DNA of 64,000 nt from positions 7,316,001 to 7,380,000 of the forward strand of contig NC_042999.1 of NCBI RefSeq assembly GCF_006345805.1, in the 5' to 3' direction. Below the pieces are notes generated by a model that did not search any database, was not told the DNA's origin, and saw only the letters and a program-made list of their open reading frames with translations. Source of the DNA: Octopus sinensis (taxonomy: Eukaryota). Below are positions 13,071-28,809 of the stretch, piece by piece. Position 1 is the first letter of the stretch; each line of letters starts with the position of its first letter. The position numbers and the translations under genes were made by a program.

Positions 13071-13189
13071 CTTTGAGAGAATGCACTTCCACGTTATTGG
13101 GTGGGAATGAGATGATAATTAATTCCTGGAAGAATTGAAAAGCAACTATTCTTTATTTTGCTGGCTTGTGACTCCATTCTTTTCCATAG

Positions 13190-13248
<59 letters not shown>

Positions 13249-13624
13249 TGATGATGATGATGATGATGATAATAATAATAATAATGAAATTATTGTATAC
13301 AGTGCTCAGGTGCGCCACAAAAGCACAATATATCACAATAGATTTTCATCTGTGTTACATTAACAACTTCAATGATGTGAGAACTTTGCAATATTTTGAT
13401 GTAATGTTTTGCTCGTAATTGTAAAGATGAAAAGTATAAATATTTACCCGTAGATATATTTTATCCAATTATGTAAATTTTAGAAGCGACAGAAATGATG
13501 AGTGAATCTATGAGTCAATAACGACTAATTCGATGAAGTTTATCAGCGTAGTGCGTTTATAGAATGCTTGACATTTTATTCTAGCAAACTATATCCGTAG
13601 TGAATATATTTCTCAGACAGAAGG

Positions 13625-13860
13625 GGGCGAGTTGGCAGAACCGTTAGCACGCCGGGCGAAATGCGTGGCCGTATTTCGTCTGCCGTTACGTTCTGAGTTC
13701 AAATTCCGCCGAGGTCGACTTTGCCTTTCATCCTTTCGGGTTCGATAAATTAAGTATTAGTTACGCACTGGGGTCGATGTAATCGACTTAATCCGTTTGT
13801 CTGTCCTTGTTTGTCCCCTTTGTGTTTAGCCCCTGGTGGGTAGTAAAAAATAGGTATTTC
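13625..13860 (+). mobile_element. SINE family 2, full length
   Basis: GGCGAGTTGGCAGAACCGTTAGCACGCCGGGCG...AAATAGGTATTTC. Confidence 0.9.
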
Positions 13861-14068
13861 TCAGTTTCGGAAAGAGACAGAATTTCTTACTATGAATCAC
13901 GTGTTCGGTTTCGTAAATGGATAGGAGAGTTTTAGACCAAACATCTTTGGGATCCCAAGGAAATATAGTCTTATACAGATGAGTGTAGTTGTTTTCTCAG
14001 TGTGTTGCAGTAAAATCTGTGAACGTCTCAGCAACAGAGAAATCAGAAATAGAAACAAATCTCAGTAT

Positions 14069-14658
14069 TAGCATATTGTCAACTTAATGTGACCGTCCCA
14101 TCAAAGGGAAGAATGCTACTGCTATTTAACCCTAGGGAATACCGTTTCCTGTTGGACTTCACAAGAGGAAACGGTGTTTCCTAGGGCTAAATAACAGTAG
14201 CATTCTTCCCTTTCATGGGACTGTCACATTAATTGACAACATGCTATCATTTTATTGTGCTGCTACTGCGTAAATCTCTCTTAGAGATTTAGAAATGTAT
14301 TATTTCTATTTTCAAAAACCAGGGAATGTATTTCACTTGAAATATATATGTTTTCAAAGGCATCGACAGCTATCAAGCCATGCTACTCCAGTCTGATGAG
14401 GAGCAAGGACTCTGAAACTAGTCTCTGGAAGCTGATTTTGCTGGGTGGAGGTGCTTATTTCCACTTTGAAAACATAAGGACACAAGCATTGTGTCAAGTC
14501 CAACAGGAAACGGTGTTTCCCAGGACTAAATAACAGTAGCATTCTTCCTTTTCATGGGACTGTCACATTAAGTTGACAACATACCATCACTTTATTGTGC
14601 TGCTACTGCGTGAATCTCTCTGACGGATTTAGAAATATATTATTTATATTTTCAAAAA
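14069..14658 (+). mobile_element. Retrozyme/PLE pLTR-like unit: inverted arm plus ~339-bp direct repeat with hammerhead
   Basis: Palindrome 14069-14246; direct repeats 14166-14318 and 14505-14658; HHR between them. Confidence 0.8.
14388..14428 (+). ncRNA. Minimal type I hammerhead ribozyme
   Basis: CCAGT-CTGATGA-GGAGCAAGGACTCT-GAAAC-TA-GTC-TCTGG: intact core, GUC site, palindromic ACUAGU stem III, one stem-I mismatch. Confidence 0.8.
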
Positions 14659-15034
14659 TCTCAGTATGTTAGGAATGTTTGAAATTTGATTGGCAGTTCA
14701 ACATTTGGCAATTAATATCGAGGAGTTGCGATACTGATTATTGATTCTTTACGTTTGCCACCGTCGTTGACGTTTGGCAATCAACTGCTCTTTTACTTCT
14801 TCCATTGTATTGATTCCATGATATACCAGTATTGAACTCTCATTTCGGAATACAATATTGGTGCATATCATCCTATTTGTCTTGGTTTTCATTCTGTTTA
14901 AAGCCATGAACAAACGCGCTTGAAGACTGACTTAATGGTACGTACCCCAGTCTTCTTACGAGTATTAAAAACATCCCATGATCTGGAGACGAATCAAAAG
15001 ACAAGAATTTTGGGCCCATTCGACGCAACTCTGC

Positions 15035-15410
15035 TTTTGTTGCTGTTGAGCGAACGGTCTTCGTCCCAGAATCGCAAGCTGGGAGAAGTCCGAAACCTGG
15101 TCCTTTGCTATTCGTAAGACCCGCAGAAGAGAAAGCAGGTCAACCCCCGAAACCGAGAGCATCGACGGATGGATGAATGCACATCCAGGCTCAGCGGTTG
15201 TGTAGGAAGTCAAGGACAAGAAACAGGATGAAAGAGTGAGAGAAAGTTGGGCCGAAAGAGTACAACAGGGGTCGCCACCCCCCTGCCGGAGCCTCGTGGA
15301 GCTTTAGATTCTTTTCGCTCAATAAACACACACAACGCCCGGCTGGGAATCGAAACCGCGATCCTCCGACCGCGAGTCCGCTACCCTAACCACTGGGCCA
15401 TTGTGCCTCC
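15035..15410 (-). mobile_element. SINE family 3, fourth tail type
   Basis: Reverse complement GGAGGCACAATGGCCCAGTGGTTAGGGTAGCGGACTCGCGG..., same core, GC-rich tail ending in a CAACAGCAACAA-like run. Confidence 0.8.
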
Positions 15411-16687
15411 ACTGTTATTGTTGCCCAACAGAGAGTAGGCTTTGCCGGACACAGAAATCGTACGAACTCTCACCATCGGACCACATCAGTCTGGCTGTAT
15501 TGCATAAACTTTCGCATTCTAATAGGAAGCAGGCCACTCAATTATATATTTTGAACTGGGACTCACAATATGAAATTGAGGACCTTCCAAAGTTAACAGG
15601 ATCCTGAAATCCCTTGAGTCGAGTAGTAACAGACATCACAGTTGCAACTGCCAAAAGTAAGAAGAAAAATTTCTACATGTTACTTTTTATCTATTTTAAA
15701 GAACAGGAAATTAATAGTTGACAAATTAGGTAATATAACTGTGGGTTACTCTAACGGCGACCTTTAAATTAGAACTAAACACAGCATTTTAATTTGAATA
15801 AATATCGAAATTTTTACTATTTTACAATTTCCTTTCATTAATCTTGACACTTTCGTCTGTAATTTTAAAACAATCTTTAGAAATTAAATTCTGAAACATT
15901 AATTTAAGATTTTGACATCGCTAAATATTTAGTAATTAAAATAAAGATGCAGTTAACACAAATATACCTATAATTAAAATTCTGAAACATTCCATAGATT
16001 TGTTTCTTTTTCTTATCTTTCTTCCTATCTAAAAACACTTAATATTTGTTGGTATTAAAATCTATGATTTATTGTTGAGAGCCGAGTTGATGGCATTTTT
16101 AAAGTGTTCTAAGCAAAGCTCACATATTGGGAAAAAGTATATATTCTACAAGTTTTGTTGCTGTTGCTGTTGTTGTTGTTCTTGTTACTAATGTTATTGT
16201 CATCGATTCAAAAATTTATTTATGTTTAGTTTATTTTTTGCAAATGCTGTTCTTTGTATTTTTGTGGTTGTTTTAGTAAATGCGTTTTGGGGATTTTAGA
16301 AATTGTTTGGCGATAATGGTCTTTTTACCGTTTTTTTTTTTATAAATAGAGTCTGAGCATTTAGAGAAACTACATATCTCCAACACGGAACTATCTCTTT
16401 CTGCAGACATCCAAGCGGTTACTATTACGTCTCTTTTCATGGTATTGAAGATTATTTTATGTGACACATTCATCCATTTGAAAAGGGGTGGACGAGAGCT
16501 GCAGCAGATTTGTTGGCCAATTATAGCAGACCTGAAGACGTCGAGGTGGCAAAGTCGTTAGCATGCCGGGCAAAATGTGTAACAGCAGTTTGTCCGTCTT
16601 TACGGCGGAATTTGATCTCAGAATTTGAAGCGGAATAAATGTCACTGAGAATTATTGTCCAACTTGTTAACAATTCTGCCATTTTGA

Positions 16688-16752
<65 letters not shown>

Positions 16753-16979
16753 TTGGTTTCAAATTTTGGCACAAGGCAAGCAATTTCTGGGACGGGATTA
16801 AGTCAAACCTAGTGCTCTATTGGTACTTATTGCATAGACCCCGAAAGAGATGAAAGACAAAGTCGAGCTCGGCAAAATTTGAACTCAGAACGTCCAGACG
16901 GACAAAATACCGCTAAGCATATTGCCCGGCGCGCTAACGACTGTACCAGTTGGCTATATCGTTAATAATAATAATTAAG

Positions 16980-17310
16980 GGGTAAAGACCCCCTTCGGTC
17001 ATGAATGACCATGGGATTGCACCTAGAAAGTTACCCTCCTAGACACAAGTCCGGGCAAGGTTGTTTATGGAAGACCAGCAGTCGCCCATGCATACCAGCC
17101 TCCCTTCTCCACGCCACCAGTGTTATCCAAGGGAAAGACAAAGGTCGATACAGCTTGGCACCAGTAACGTCGCAACTCATTTCTACAGCTGAGTGAACTG
17201 GAGCAACGTGAAATAAAGTGCTTTGCTCAAGTACACAACACACAGCCCGGTCCGGGATTCGAGCTCACAACCTCACGATCGTAAGCTCGACGCTCTAACC
17301 ACTGAGCCAT
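16980..17310 (-). mobile_element. SINE family 4 (tRNA head plus CORE-like domain)
   Basis: Reverse complement ATGGCTCAGTGGTTAGAGCG...GCTCGAATCCCGG...GTACTTGAGCAAAGCACTTTATTTCACG. Confidence 0.85.
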
Positions 17311-17323
17311 AATAATAATAATG

Positions 17324-17375
<52 letters not shown>

Positions 17376-17382
17376 TGATGAT

Positions 17383-17599
<217 letters not shown>

Positions 17600-17854
17600 C
17601 AAAAAGAGAACAAAAATACTCCGCAAATATAACATCACAGAGAAAGATTTGCCTGAAATAAAAGAAAAGCTGAAGCAAGATATCCTTGCCAAAGCACAAA
17701 GGATCCGCCGGTACGAGAAACGCCAACGCTTCTTTGAAGAAAACAAAAAGTTCAACTCCAACCCCAAAAAGTTCTACCAAGAACTGGACAAAAATGAAAT
17801 AGAAGTCACTGCAGCACCAACGGCAGAAGAATTGGAAGAATTCTGGAGAGAAAT

Positions 17855-18988
17855 ATGGTCGGCGAACGAACCACAAAAAAAAGGAGTATAAAAATGACAA
17901 ACTCGGCATCTGAACAACTTTGGACCCCCATAACAACTGAAGAGGTCACCCAGGCACTGCAAAGACTAAGCAACTGGAAGGCACCTGGGCATGACAAGAT
18001 CCCCAACTTCTGGTTGAAATATCTAACAGGAATGCACAAAAAGCTGGCTGAAAACTTTAACAACGTACTAGCAGAGCCAGAGACAATGCCTGAATGGCTC
18101 ACGAAGGGGAAAACCATCTTAATTCCCAAATCAAATGAAACAGAAAAACCAGAAAACTACAGACCAATAACCTGCCTCCCTACTATGTTCAAGGCATTTA
18201 CTGCAGTGATATCGCAAAGGCTGAACAAGCACCTGGACGAAAACAAACTGTTCCCAGAAGAGCAGAAAGGATGCCGCAAGGGCTCATATGGCTGTAAAGA
18301 TCAAATAATGATTAATAAAGCCGTAACTGAAGACAGCCACAGAAAGAAGAAAGGCCTCAGTATGGCCTGGATTGACTACAAAAAGGCGTTTGATAGCATC
18401 CCCCACACATGGATCCTCGAAACACTAGCCATTAACAAAGTAGCACCAACAATCATAAAATTCATAGAGCACTCTATGAATAAATGGCAAACAGTCCTAC
18501 ACCTCCAAACAAAAGAGGGACTCATGAAAACCAAAGACATCCCCATTAGAAGAGGAATATTCCAGGGAGACACGCTCTCTCCACTCCTTTTCTGCTTGGT
18601 ACTGTCACCTCTATCTGATATGCTAAATAGAACTGGATGCGGATATAAATGTTACGGCAAAACGATCAGCCACCTTTTATATATGGATGACCTAAAACTA
18701 TACGCTGCAAATGACAAACAGCTGGAAACACTATTAAAGACAGTTCATGGATTTACCAAAGAAATAGATATGAAATTTGGATTAGAAAAATGCACCAAAG
18801 TAACCATGAAAAGAGGAAAACTAGTTAAAAGTAACAACATCACACTAGATAAAACCAATGAAATAAAAGAATTAGACCAAAGCCAAACTTACAAATACTT
18901 AGGAATCCATGAACTAGATAAGACACAACACACACAAATGAAAGAGAAAATAAAAAAGAATATTATAGACGAGTTAGATCAATACTAA
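17855..18988 (+). pseudogene. Reverse transcriptase segment of the R4/Dong-like element
   Basis: 377-aa ORF with non-LTR RT motifs, part of a frameshifted ORF. Confidence 0.9.
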
Positions 18989-19421
18989 ACACAGAGCTCA
19001 ATGCTAAAAACAAGATAATAGGTATCAACACTTTAGCTGTCCCAGTTATAAGTTACAGCTACAATATCCTTAACTGGACACGAAATGAACAGACCAAAAT
19101 AGATAGGAAAACAAGAAAAATAATGACAGGATCTAGGATGCATCACCCAGAATCTGACATAGAAAGACTATATATACAACGTATAGAAGGTGGAAGAGGC
19201 CTTATACAGCTGGAAAACTACTATAAAATAACCACCATAGGACTGCAAAAATATCTACTTCAGAAGGAAGGAAAACTGATCCAGATAGCGGCAAAACACG
19301 AGCAAAACAAAAAACTGTTGTCAGTATTTAAGGAAGCTGACAAATACAAACAAGAAACCATACCACCTAATAAACATGAAGAAGAAGAAGAAGATGAAGA
19401 AACAACAAAACTATAAAACAA

Positions 19422-20237
19422 ATGAAATCCAAACTAAAAATAGAACAGCAACGAACCATGATAAAACGATGGCAAGAAAAGCCCCTTCATGGTAAATACT
19501 GCACTAAACTAAACGCAAAAGAAATAGACAAAGAAAAATCCCAGCAATGGTTGAGAAGCTCAGGACTCAAAGCAGAAACAGAGGGATTTTTAATTGCAGC
19601 ACAAGACCAAAGCTTCCCCACCAGAAATTACCAAAAACATGTAATGAAAAGAAATATTACAAGTAACTGCAGAATATGTGGAGATGGACAAGAAACAACA
19701 AATCATATTATCTCTAGCTGCCCAGTCCTGGCTAAGAAGGAATATATTCACAGACATGACAGAGTTGGAACCTACATACATTGGAAGCTATGCCAACATT
19801 ATGGAATAACAACAGAAAAAAGACGGTATAGGCACACACCAGAAAAGGTCACAGAAAACGAGAAAGCAACCATACTCTGGGATATGCCGATACACACAGA
19901 CAGAGAAATTAAGGCCAACAGACCAGATATAGTTGTCAGAGACCATGAAGAAAAAAAATGCTTTCTAATTGATGTATCAATACCGGCTGATGACAACGTG
20001 TCTCTAAAAGAAATGGAGAAACTCTCAAAATACAAAGACCTGGAAATAGAGGTAACTAGAATGTGGAATCTGAAAACAGAAACAATTCCTATCATAATAG
20101 GTGCATTAGGCATGATAAAAAAATATTCAGACAAATACATAACAAAAACACCAGGACTTACAAACACATATAACATACAGAAAATTGCACTACTAGGCAC
20201 TGCACACATCCTACGCAGAACACTTTCCATACGATAA
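19422..20237 (+). pseudogene. CCHC plus RLE segment of the R4/Dong-like element
   Basis: 271-aa ORF: WQEKPLHG, AAQDQ, CRICG, RHDRV, RPDIVV, ALLGTAHILRR. Confidence 0.9.
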
Positions 20238-20338
20238 CCATCAGAGCATCACAACAAATCACAGCACATACCCAAGGCACACAGAGCTGCGCTCGGTAGT
20301 GAAGTGAAAGCACGCTATAAAAATAAAACTACTGAATG

Positions 20339-20443
<105 letters not shown>

Positions 20444-20993
20444 TAATAATAATAATATAAGGAAAAGAAGAAGAAGAAGAAGAAAGAAGAAGAAGAAGAA
20501 GAAGAAGAAGAAGAAGAAGAAATGAAATAAAAACAAAAACAACGAGGAAGAAGTGGAGATAGATTGATAGATGCAAATGAAGTGAGGAATACGAGATTGA
20601 TGGAGGGAGTGGGAATAAAATACGATCAAACTGAAATAAAAATTTAGAGGAAGTGATGACATAAAATAACGATACAAAATATAAACTAAAATAAAGTAAA
20701 ATAAAGAAGAGAAACACAATAAAAATAAAAACAGTGAAAGCAACTTTAAAAAATATGTGATAAATAACTAACTTCCTGTTCAAGCTATCCGTTCTCTTTC
20801 CTAATGTTCTTGAATGTAAACCTGAATCTATGCTTGCAATTGACGAATTGTTGATTAGGCTTATTTAGGAGATTTGTTTTTCTCTATCGACGAACAGTAT
20901 TTCATGAGTCACGGATGTAGAGTTTTCAGAATATCTCGTTAGCGCTACAAGGTTGGGATTTGCTCATAATGGGTAATTTAGATTTATAGTTAA

Positions 20994-21389
20994 CTAGCAG
21001 TATCGCCCGGCGTTGCTCGGGTTTGTAAGGGAAATAACTATATAAGCATTTTTAGAGATGTAAAGTATAATAGCCATCTCAATATGGCTAACCACAAAGG
21101 GGGGGGTGTTACTGTAGCTTTTTACGTTCTGAGATTTAATAATAAATTTTTAGAGAGTTACATCCCTTATATATGCCAAAAATGCATTAAAATGGGAAAA
21201 ATTGATGGTAAATTTCTTTTTAAATCGTAGACTCATCGTAGACGCGCGCTAATACCCAGAAGGGCTCGATATGAATCACGACTATAAGATACCCGGTTTT
21301 GGTTAAACTGCACCGCAAAATGTGGGAGTAGTTAGGAATCTAAATCGTAGGAGACAGACAGCACACAACCTCACTTTTATATATAAAGA
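20994..21389 (-). mobile_element. Non-autonomous Helitron (~396 bp)
   Basis: Minus strand A|TCTTTATATATAAAA ... CCCGAGCAACGCCGGG hairpin, 8 nt, CTAG|T; inserted in AT without a TSD. Confidence 0.9.
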
Positions 21390-21944
21390 TGTATTGGGGA
21401 TTGTGTGAGTGAATATGATCAACGGAGAAGTTATCAGATTTCATCTATAAATATTAATTTGATAGTATTACGTTAAAGTAATACACAGCGAGTGAGTTAC
21501 TGTATGGGGTTTATCACGTTCACAGTAATACTTACCAGGAGAACCAGGAATGAAATCGAAAGGGAGCACGTATGTCTGTGTCTATGCTTGTCTCCACCAT
21601 CGCCTATCGACCGGTGTTGGTTTGTTTACATCTTCGTTATCTAGCAGTTCGACAAAAGATATCGATAGAACAAGTACAAGGCTTAAATAAACCTGTCCTG
21701 GGGTGAGATGCATTCGACTAATAATTCTTTCAGTGCAATGATTGAAGCAAGTAGATACAACATAAAGCTTTCAGTTTAATAAACATTACTTTTATTTCAA
21801 TATTATAATTCGGCCATAAAACAAGCATTAATGTGATACGGATAGTTGCTACGATTGACCGCTAAATCCACAAGTTTTTTTATTCTCTTTTGTTTTTTAT
21901 TTATCTATTTATTTTTTATATATGTATATATTTGTATATATTTC

Positions 21945-22146
21945 AAAATGTAACCTCGTGTGTACCGTTGGTGATTTTTTCCTCTGTCGTCCCTTCTCTG
22001 GATCTTTCCTTCTATGTTTCCGACGAAGAGCTCCGCTCGAAACGTCAAACCCTCCTTCTTCCCTTCTTTCCTGAGTGTCCAATAATACTATATTTGTTCC
22101 ACGTCCTCGCGTTGTTGTGTATTTTTGTGTTTTCTTGTTTGGATTA

Positions 22147-22150
<4 letters not shown>
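21945..22150 (+). mobile_element. Short pLTR-like element with minimal hammerhead; homologues at 60375-60580 (+) and ~40410-40590 (-)
   Basis: Shared GACGAAGAGCTCCGCTCGAAACGTC and terminus TTGTTTGGATTAACTTT(AT)n between the 22k and 60k copies. Confidence 0.8.
22016..22050 (+). ncRNA. Minimal hammerhead (core CCGACGA, U4 mutated)
   Basis: GTTT-CCGACGA-AGAGCTCCGCTC-GAAAC-GTC-AAAC. Confidence 0.65.
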
Positions 22151-22186
<36 letters not shown>

Positions 22187-22271
22187 TATTCGAGACAAAA
22201 CCACTATTTTGCAAAACAAACAAGGAAAGACTTAATCAATACATAAAATTTTAAAATAGTCAAAAAAACCG

Positions 22272-22314
22272 CCACTACAATCGTTTCTTGTCTTGATCGA
22301 CAATCTTCAGGTGG
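22272..22314 (-). ncRNA. Type I hammerhead ribozyme (left arm)
   Basis: Exact reverse complement of 22375-22417. Confidence 0.85.
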
Positions 22315-22374
22315 ACTTCCAATAATTCAGTGTCAAATTATGAAGTCATAATTTGACACTGAATTATTGGAAGT

Positions 22375-22417
22375 CCACCTGAAGATTGTCGATCAAGACA
22401 AGAAACGATTGTAGTGG
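22375..22417 (+). ncRNA. Type I hammerhead ribozyme (right arm)
   Basis: CCAC-CTGAAGA-TTGTC-GATCAA-GACAA-GAAAC-GATT-GTA-GTGG: intact core, all three stems pair, GUA site. Confidence 0.88.
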
Positions 22418-22594
22418 CGGTTTTTTTGACTATTTATTAAAATTTTATGTATTGATTAAGTCTTTCCTTGTTTGTTTTGCAAAATAGTGGTTTTGTCTCG
22501 AATACTATTTTATAATATTTTACTATAAAATCGATTTAATCCTAAATCTGTTTTTTTTCCTGTAAATTTGGATTTATTCCCTAATATTTATTAT

Positions 22595-25138
<2,544 letters not shown>

Positions 25139-25932
25139 ATATATATATATATATGTTATTAGTAAATCATGTTTACGAAAAGAGTTCTGCTAGTTTCTGG
25201 CTCAACATTTCTCACTAAATAGATAGACGTTATTTATTGAATCTCAGTCTTTATAATTTCCAATTAAAAAATATTTCAACAAAAACTGAAGTTCGCCATT
25301 TGAAATACAATGGAAGATAAAAAAAAATACCTTTATTCTTTCATTGTTTGACATTTAAAATTGTTTATACCTAAAAAAAAATGTTCAGGTATTATGCGCT
25401 TTCAATCAGAATTTTTTTTACAAAAACATCAGAAACATTACATTATTCAAACATTACAGAAATTAACAGACAAGTTCTATAGAGACTAAAACATGAATAT
25501 ATTCGAAAATATAAATATATTTAAATGTGAGAAACAAATAAAGAGTAAATTATTTTCTATCTCTCCTGGTATTTGAAACCGAATAATGTGTTTTGGAAGA
25601 CATCACTTAAATGAAGAATTTTAATAGCACAAGCACAAGTCCTAAAAGGATTGGACATCAACTCTTTCAAGTTTGCTGACCTCGAAAGAATGATCTCGGC
25701 GAGGTCTGGAATCGGAGTAAAGAGACCCGGAACAAATAATCTTAACCATTCTATTTAAAAGAATCTCACCAATTCACGTTCCTCAAGATAGAATTGCATC
25801 AATGATTACATACCTGATATATACACTTTGTGTGTGTGTGTGTATACGTAGATACACACATGCATGCATTCATAAATACATAATACATACATGTGTTTGT
25901 GTGAGTGTGTGTATACATACATATATATATTG

Positions 25933-26006
<74 letters not shown>

Positions 26007-26787
26007 GGTTTCCTGTTCCGTTAAGGTAAGAACAACTCAAGCACTCCATTCGGTGAGCGATAATATAATTTAATATACAGAATATGAAGATAAGAGCTAT
26101 TAATAATTTCGTGCATTGGTGACACTAATCTCGGCAGGTTTTGTAGCAGATCCCTTGTGTCTCCAAGTAATCCAAAGCTCTGAGTACAGGGCCTTATTCA
26201 ATTTACAAATTAGGGCTCTGAAACATGAGAAATTGCGAGAAAACGCGAGAAAGCAGATGAAAAAGAAGGGTAAAAGAAAAGGAAAAAAAGACTAAAACCA
26301 GCAAAAGACCCATAAATAAACCAGTTGTAGGATAATGAGAGGGAGAGGGGCCTCACTCTTTTGCATCTACCTTCTTCTCGTCGTCATTCCCATCTTTCTT
26401 CTCCACCTCCCTTTGCGCCTGATCATTCAGCCTTTGTCTCTTCTCATCTACTTTCAACACTGTTGGTTTTTCCATCACATGTTATTTCCGTTTCTAGTCC
26501 AATCGGAATTTCCCCTTGTGTTACACATTTATCTTGTATTATTTCTATGTTCACATTTCGGCGTGTTCTTTTTTTTTCGTCACTCTCCGCCGCCGGAAGT
26601 GAACAATATTATCGCTTAAGGCATGAAATCGTAAGGATTTTTTGCCCCAATAACTGATGAGGATTAGCAACGTCCTGTCCCGTGTGTGAATTTTCCATTG
26701 GTTCCTCTCTTTCATTTCTGTTCAAATTGTAAAATCTATTATTTAATGTACGCTTCTATTTCTGTTGAATATTTTTTGTGCGATGTC

Positions 26788-26825
<38 letters not shown>

Positions 26826-27199
26826 GCTTCCCCCTCTCTCTCTCTCTTTTGCATCTTCTCTCTCTTTTGCCTCCCCTCTCCCATTTCCCCTCTCTCTTCT
26901 CCCCTCTCTCAACCACTTTCCCCTCTCTCCTTCCACTTTCTACCACCTATTATTTCTCCTTCCACTGCTACGTAACCCGTGGTCATTCTCATCTTTCTTC
27001 TCCATCTTTTTGGTCTGATCGCCAAAGCTCATCAATCACATTTCTCTCTTCTCATCTATTTTCAACACAGTTTGTTCTTTCACAACTCGTTATTTACGTT
27101 TCCTATCCTAAAGGACATTTTCCTTGCCATGCACATATATTCGTCTTGTCTTACAATGGCAAGGCCTTACTTTGCTTGTGTAATATATATTTTGCATGG

Positions 27200-27439
27200 T
27201 TTCTATACTTACATTCTATTCAGTTTGTTTTTGTCACTCTCCCTTGTTCGTTAAAGCAAAAAGAAACCCAATCACGTATACACATATACGACGGGCTTCT
27301 TTCAGTTTCCATCTACCAAAATCCGATTCTCAAGGCATTGGCGTCTACTATAAATACTGCCCAAGGTGCCACACAATGAAACTGAACTCGGTACCATGTG
27401 GTTAGAAACCAAGCTTCATACTACAAAGCCATACCCACA

Positions 27440-27440
<1 letters not shown>
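27200..27440 (-). mobile_element. SINE family 1, 5' half
   Basis: CGACGGGCTTCTTTCAGTTTCC...CCCAAGGTGCCAC... Confidence 0.75.
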
Positions 27441-27487
<47 letters not shown>

Positions 27488-27489
27488 CA

Positions 27490-27531
<42 letters not shown>

Positions 27532-27533
27532 CA

Positions 27534-27568
<35 letters not shown>

Positions 27569-28809
27569 GACACACACACATAAGATTTACATGTTATACA
27601 AACATAAAAATACAAACGGAACCTATCTAATTTGGACTGATTATACTTTATATCATAGATATTATATTCTGCGAGCAGATGGAATAAAATATATTATATT
27701 CTATAATACATAATTAATATATAATACGATACGATATGCAAAATAATTTCATAATCAAAACTTAATAGAACATAATAAACTGATTAATATAATTGTATTT
27801 GTCACAAACGAACGTAAGGATATAAGACAAACACACACGCACATTGGGACACATATTGTCGTACACACATAGTATTAATATGATATTCTTCTGGTAAGAG
27901 GTAATCTCGTTGGTTGATTAATCACTAACGGAGAAATACATGCGAGAGGGGAGGAGGAGCAAGAGGAGGAGGAGGAGGAGGAGGAGGAGGAGAGAGAGAG
28001 AGAGAATTGCTGGAAGGTGGACGTATTTTAAAACAATATTAATTTAAGATATTTTAATGCAATTTTAGCCTATCTTTGTAATGAACGCTTATAATACATC
28101 CATGTTTTATCTTTAACTTGTTTCAGTCATTAGATTGCGGCCATGCTGGGACATTACCTTGAAGAATTTTTAGTCGAACGAATCAACCCCAGTACTTGTG
28201 TGTATTTTAAGCCTGGTGCTTATTCTCTTTGCCTCTTACAAGGACATAAACACACAAGGACCGGTTGGTGTCTTACAGTCGTTTTAATGACGTATATATT
28301 TTTGCTTTCGGTTGAGAAATTGCTTACAAGCCAACCTTCTTATTTAGAATCTTCACAGTTTACCATTTTATGAAATCAGTTTATGATTTCCACGGTGATC
28401 TTATAAGCTGACGAGGCGAGCTGAGATCAACCCAAAGCGCTGAAAAGACTGATAAGAGCTATTGACGAGCATTAATATAAATGCGAAATCACTGATGATC
28501 TGGCTATGCCCGGTGATTGCCTCCCTTGTCACTAAATAAGTCGTGCATTACGTTGGCTATGAGTTGTTTTGATATATATATATGATATACAAAGTTAAGC
28601 TTATCAAATATTTATTAGCGACAGAGGCAGTATTAATAGAGAGGGGTAATTTTAATCCCCACTTAAATGTGGAAGCCCTGTTAGAACAGTCTAGACTGCG
28701 ATAGATACCATGAGAGAAACTCTTATATTGCCTTTGGTGCAAAATCCTTTTTATTTTGTTTTTCCTTTCCAGTGCAAATATATTATTGTATAATTCTTTT
28801 CTACTCTGG

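Noticed and set aside
28409-28460. CTGACGA-GGCG...CGCT-GAAA hammerhead-like motif
   Set aside because: Stems I and III cannot form; at best a relic.
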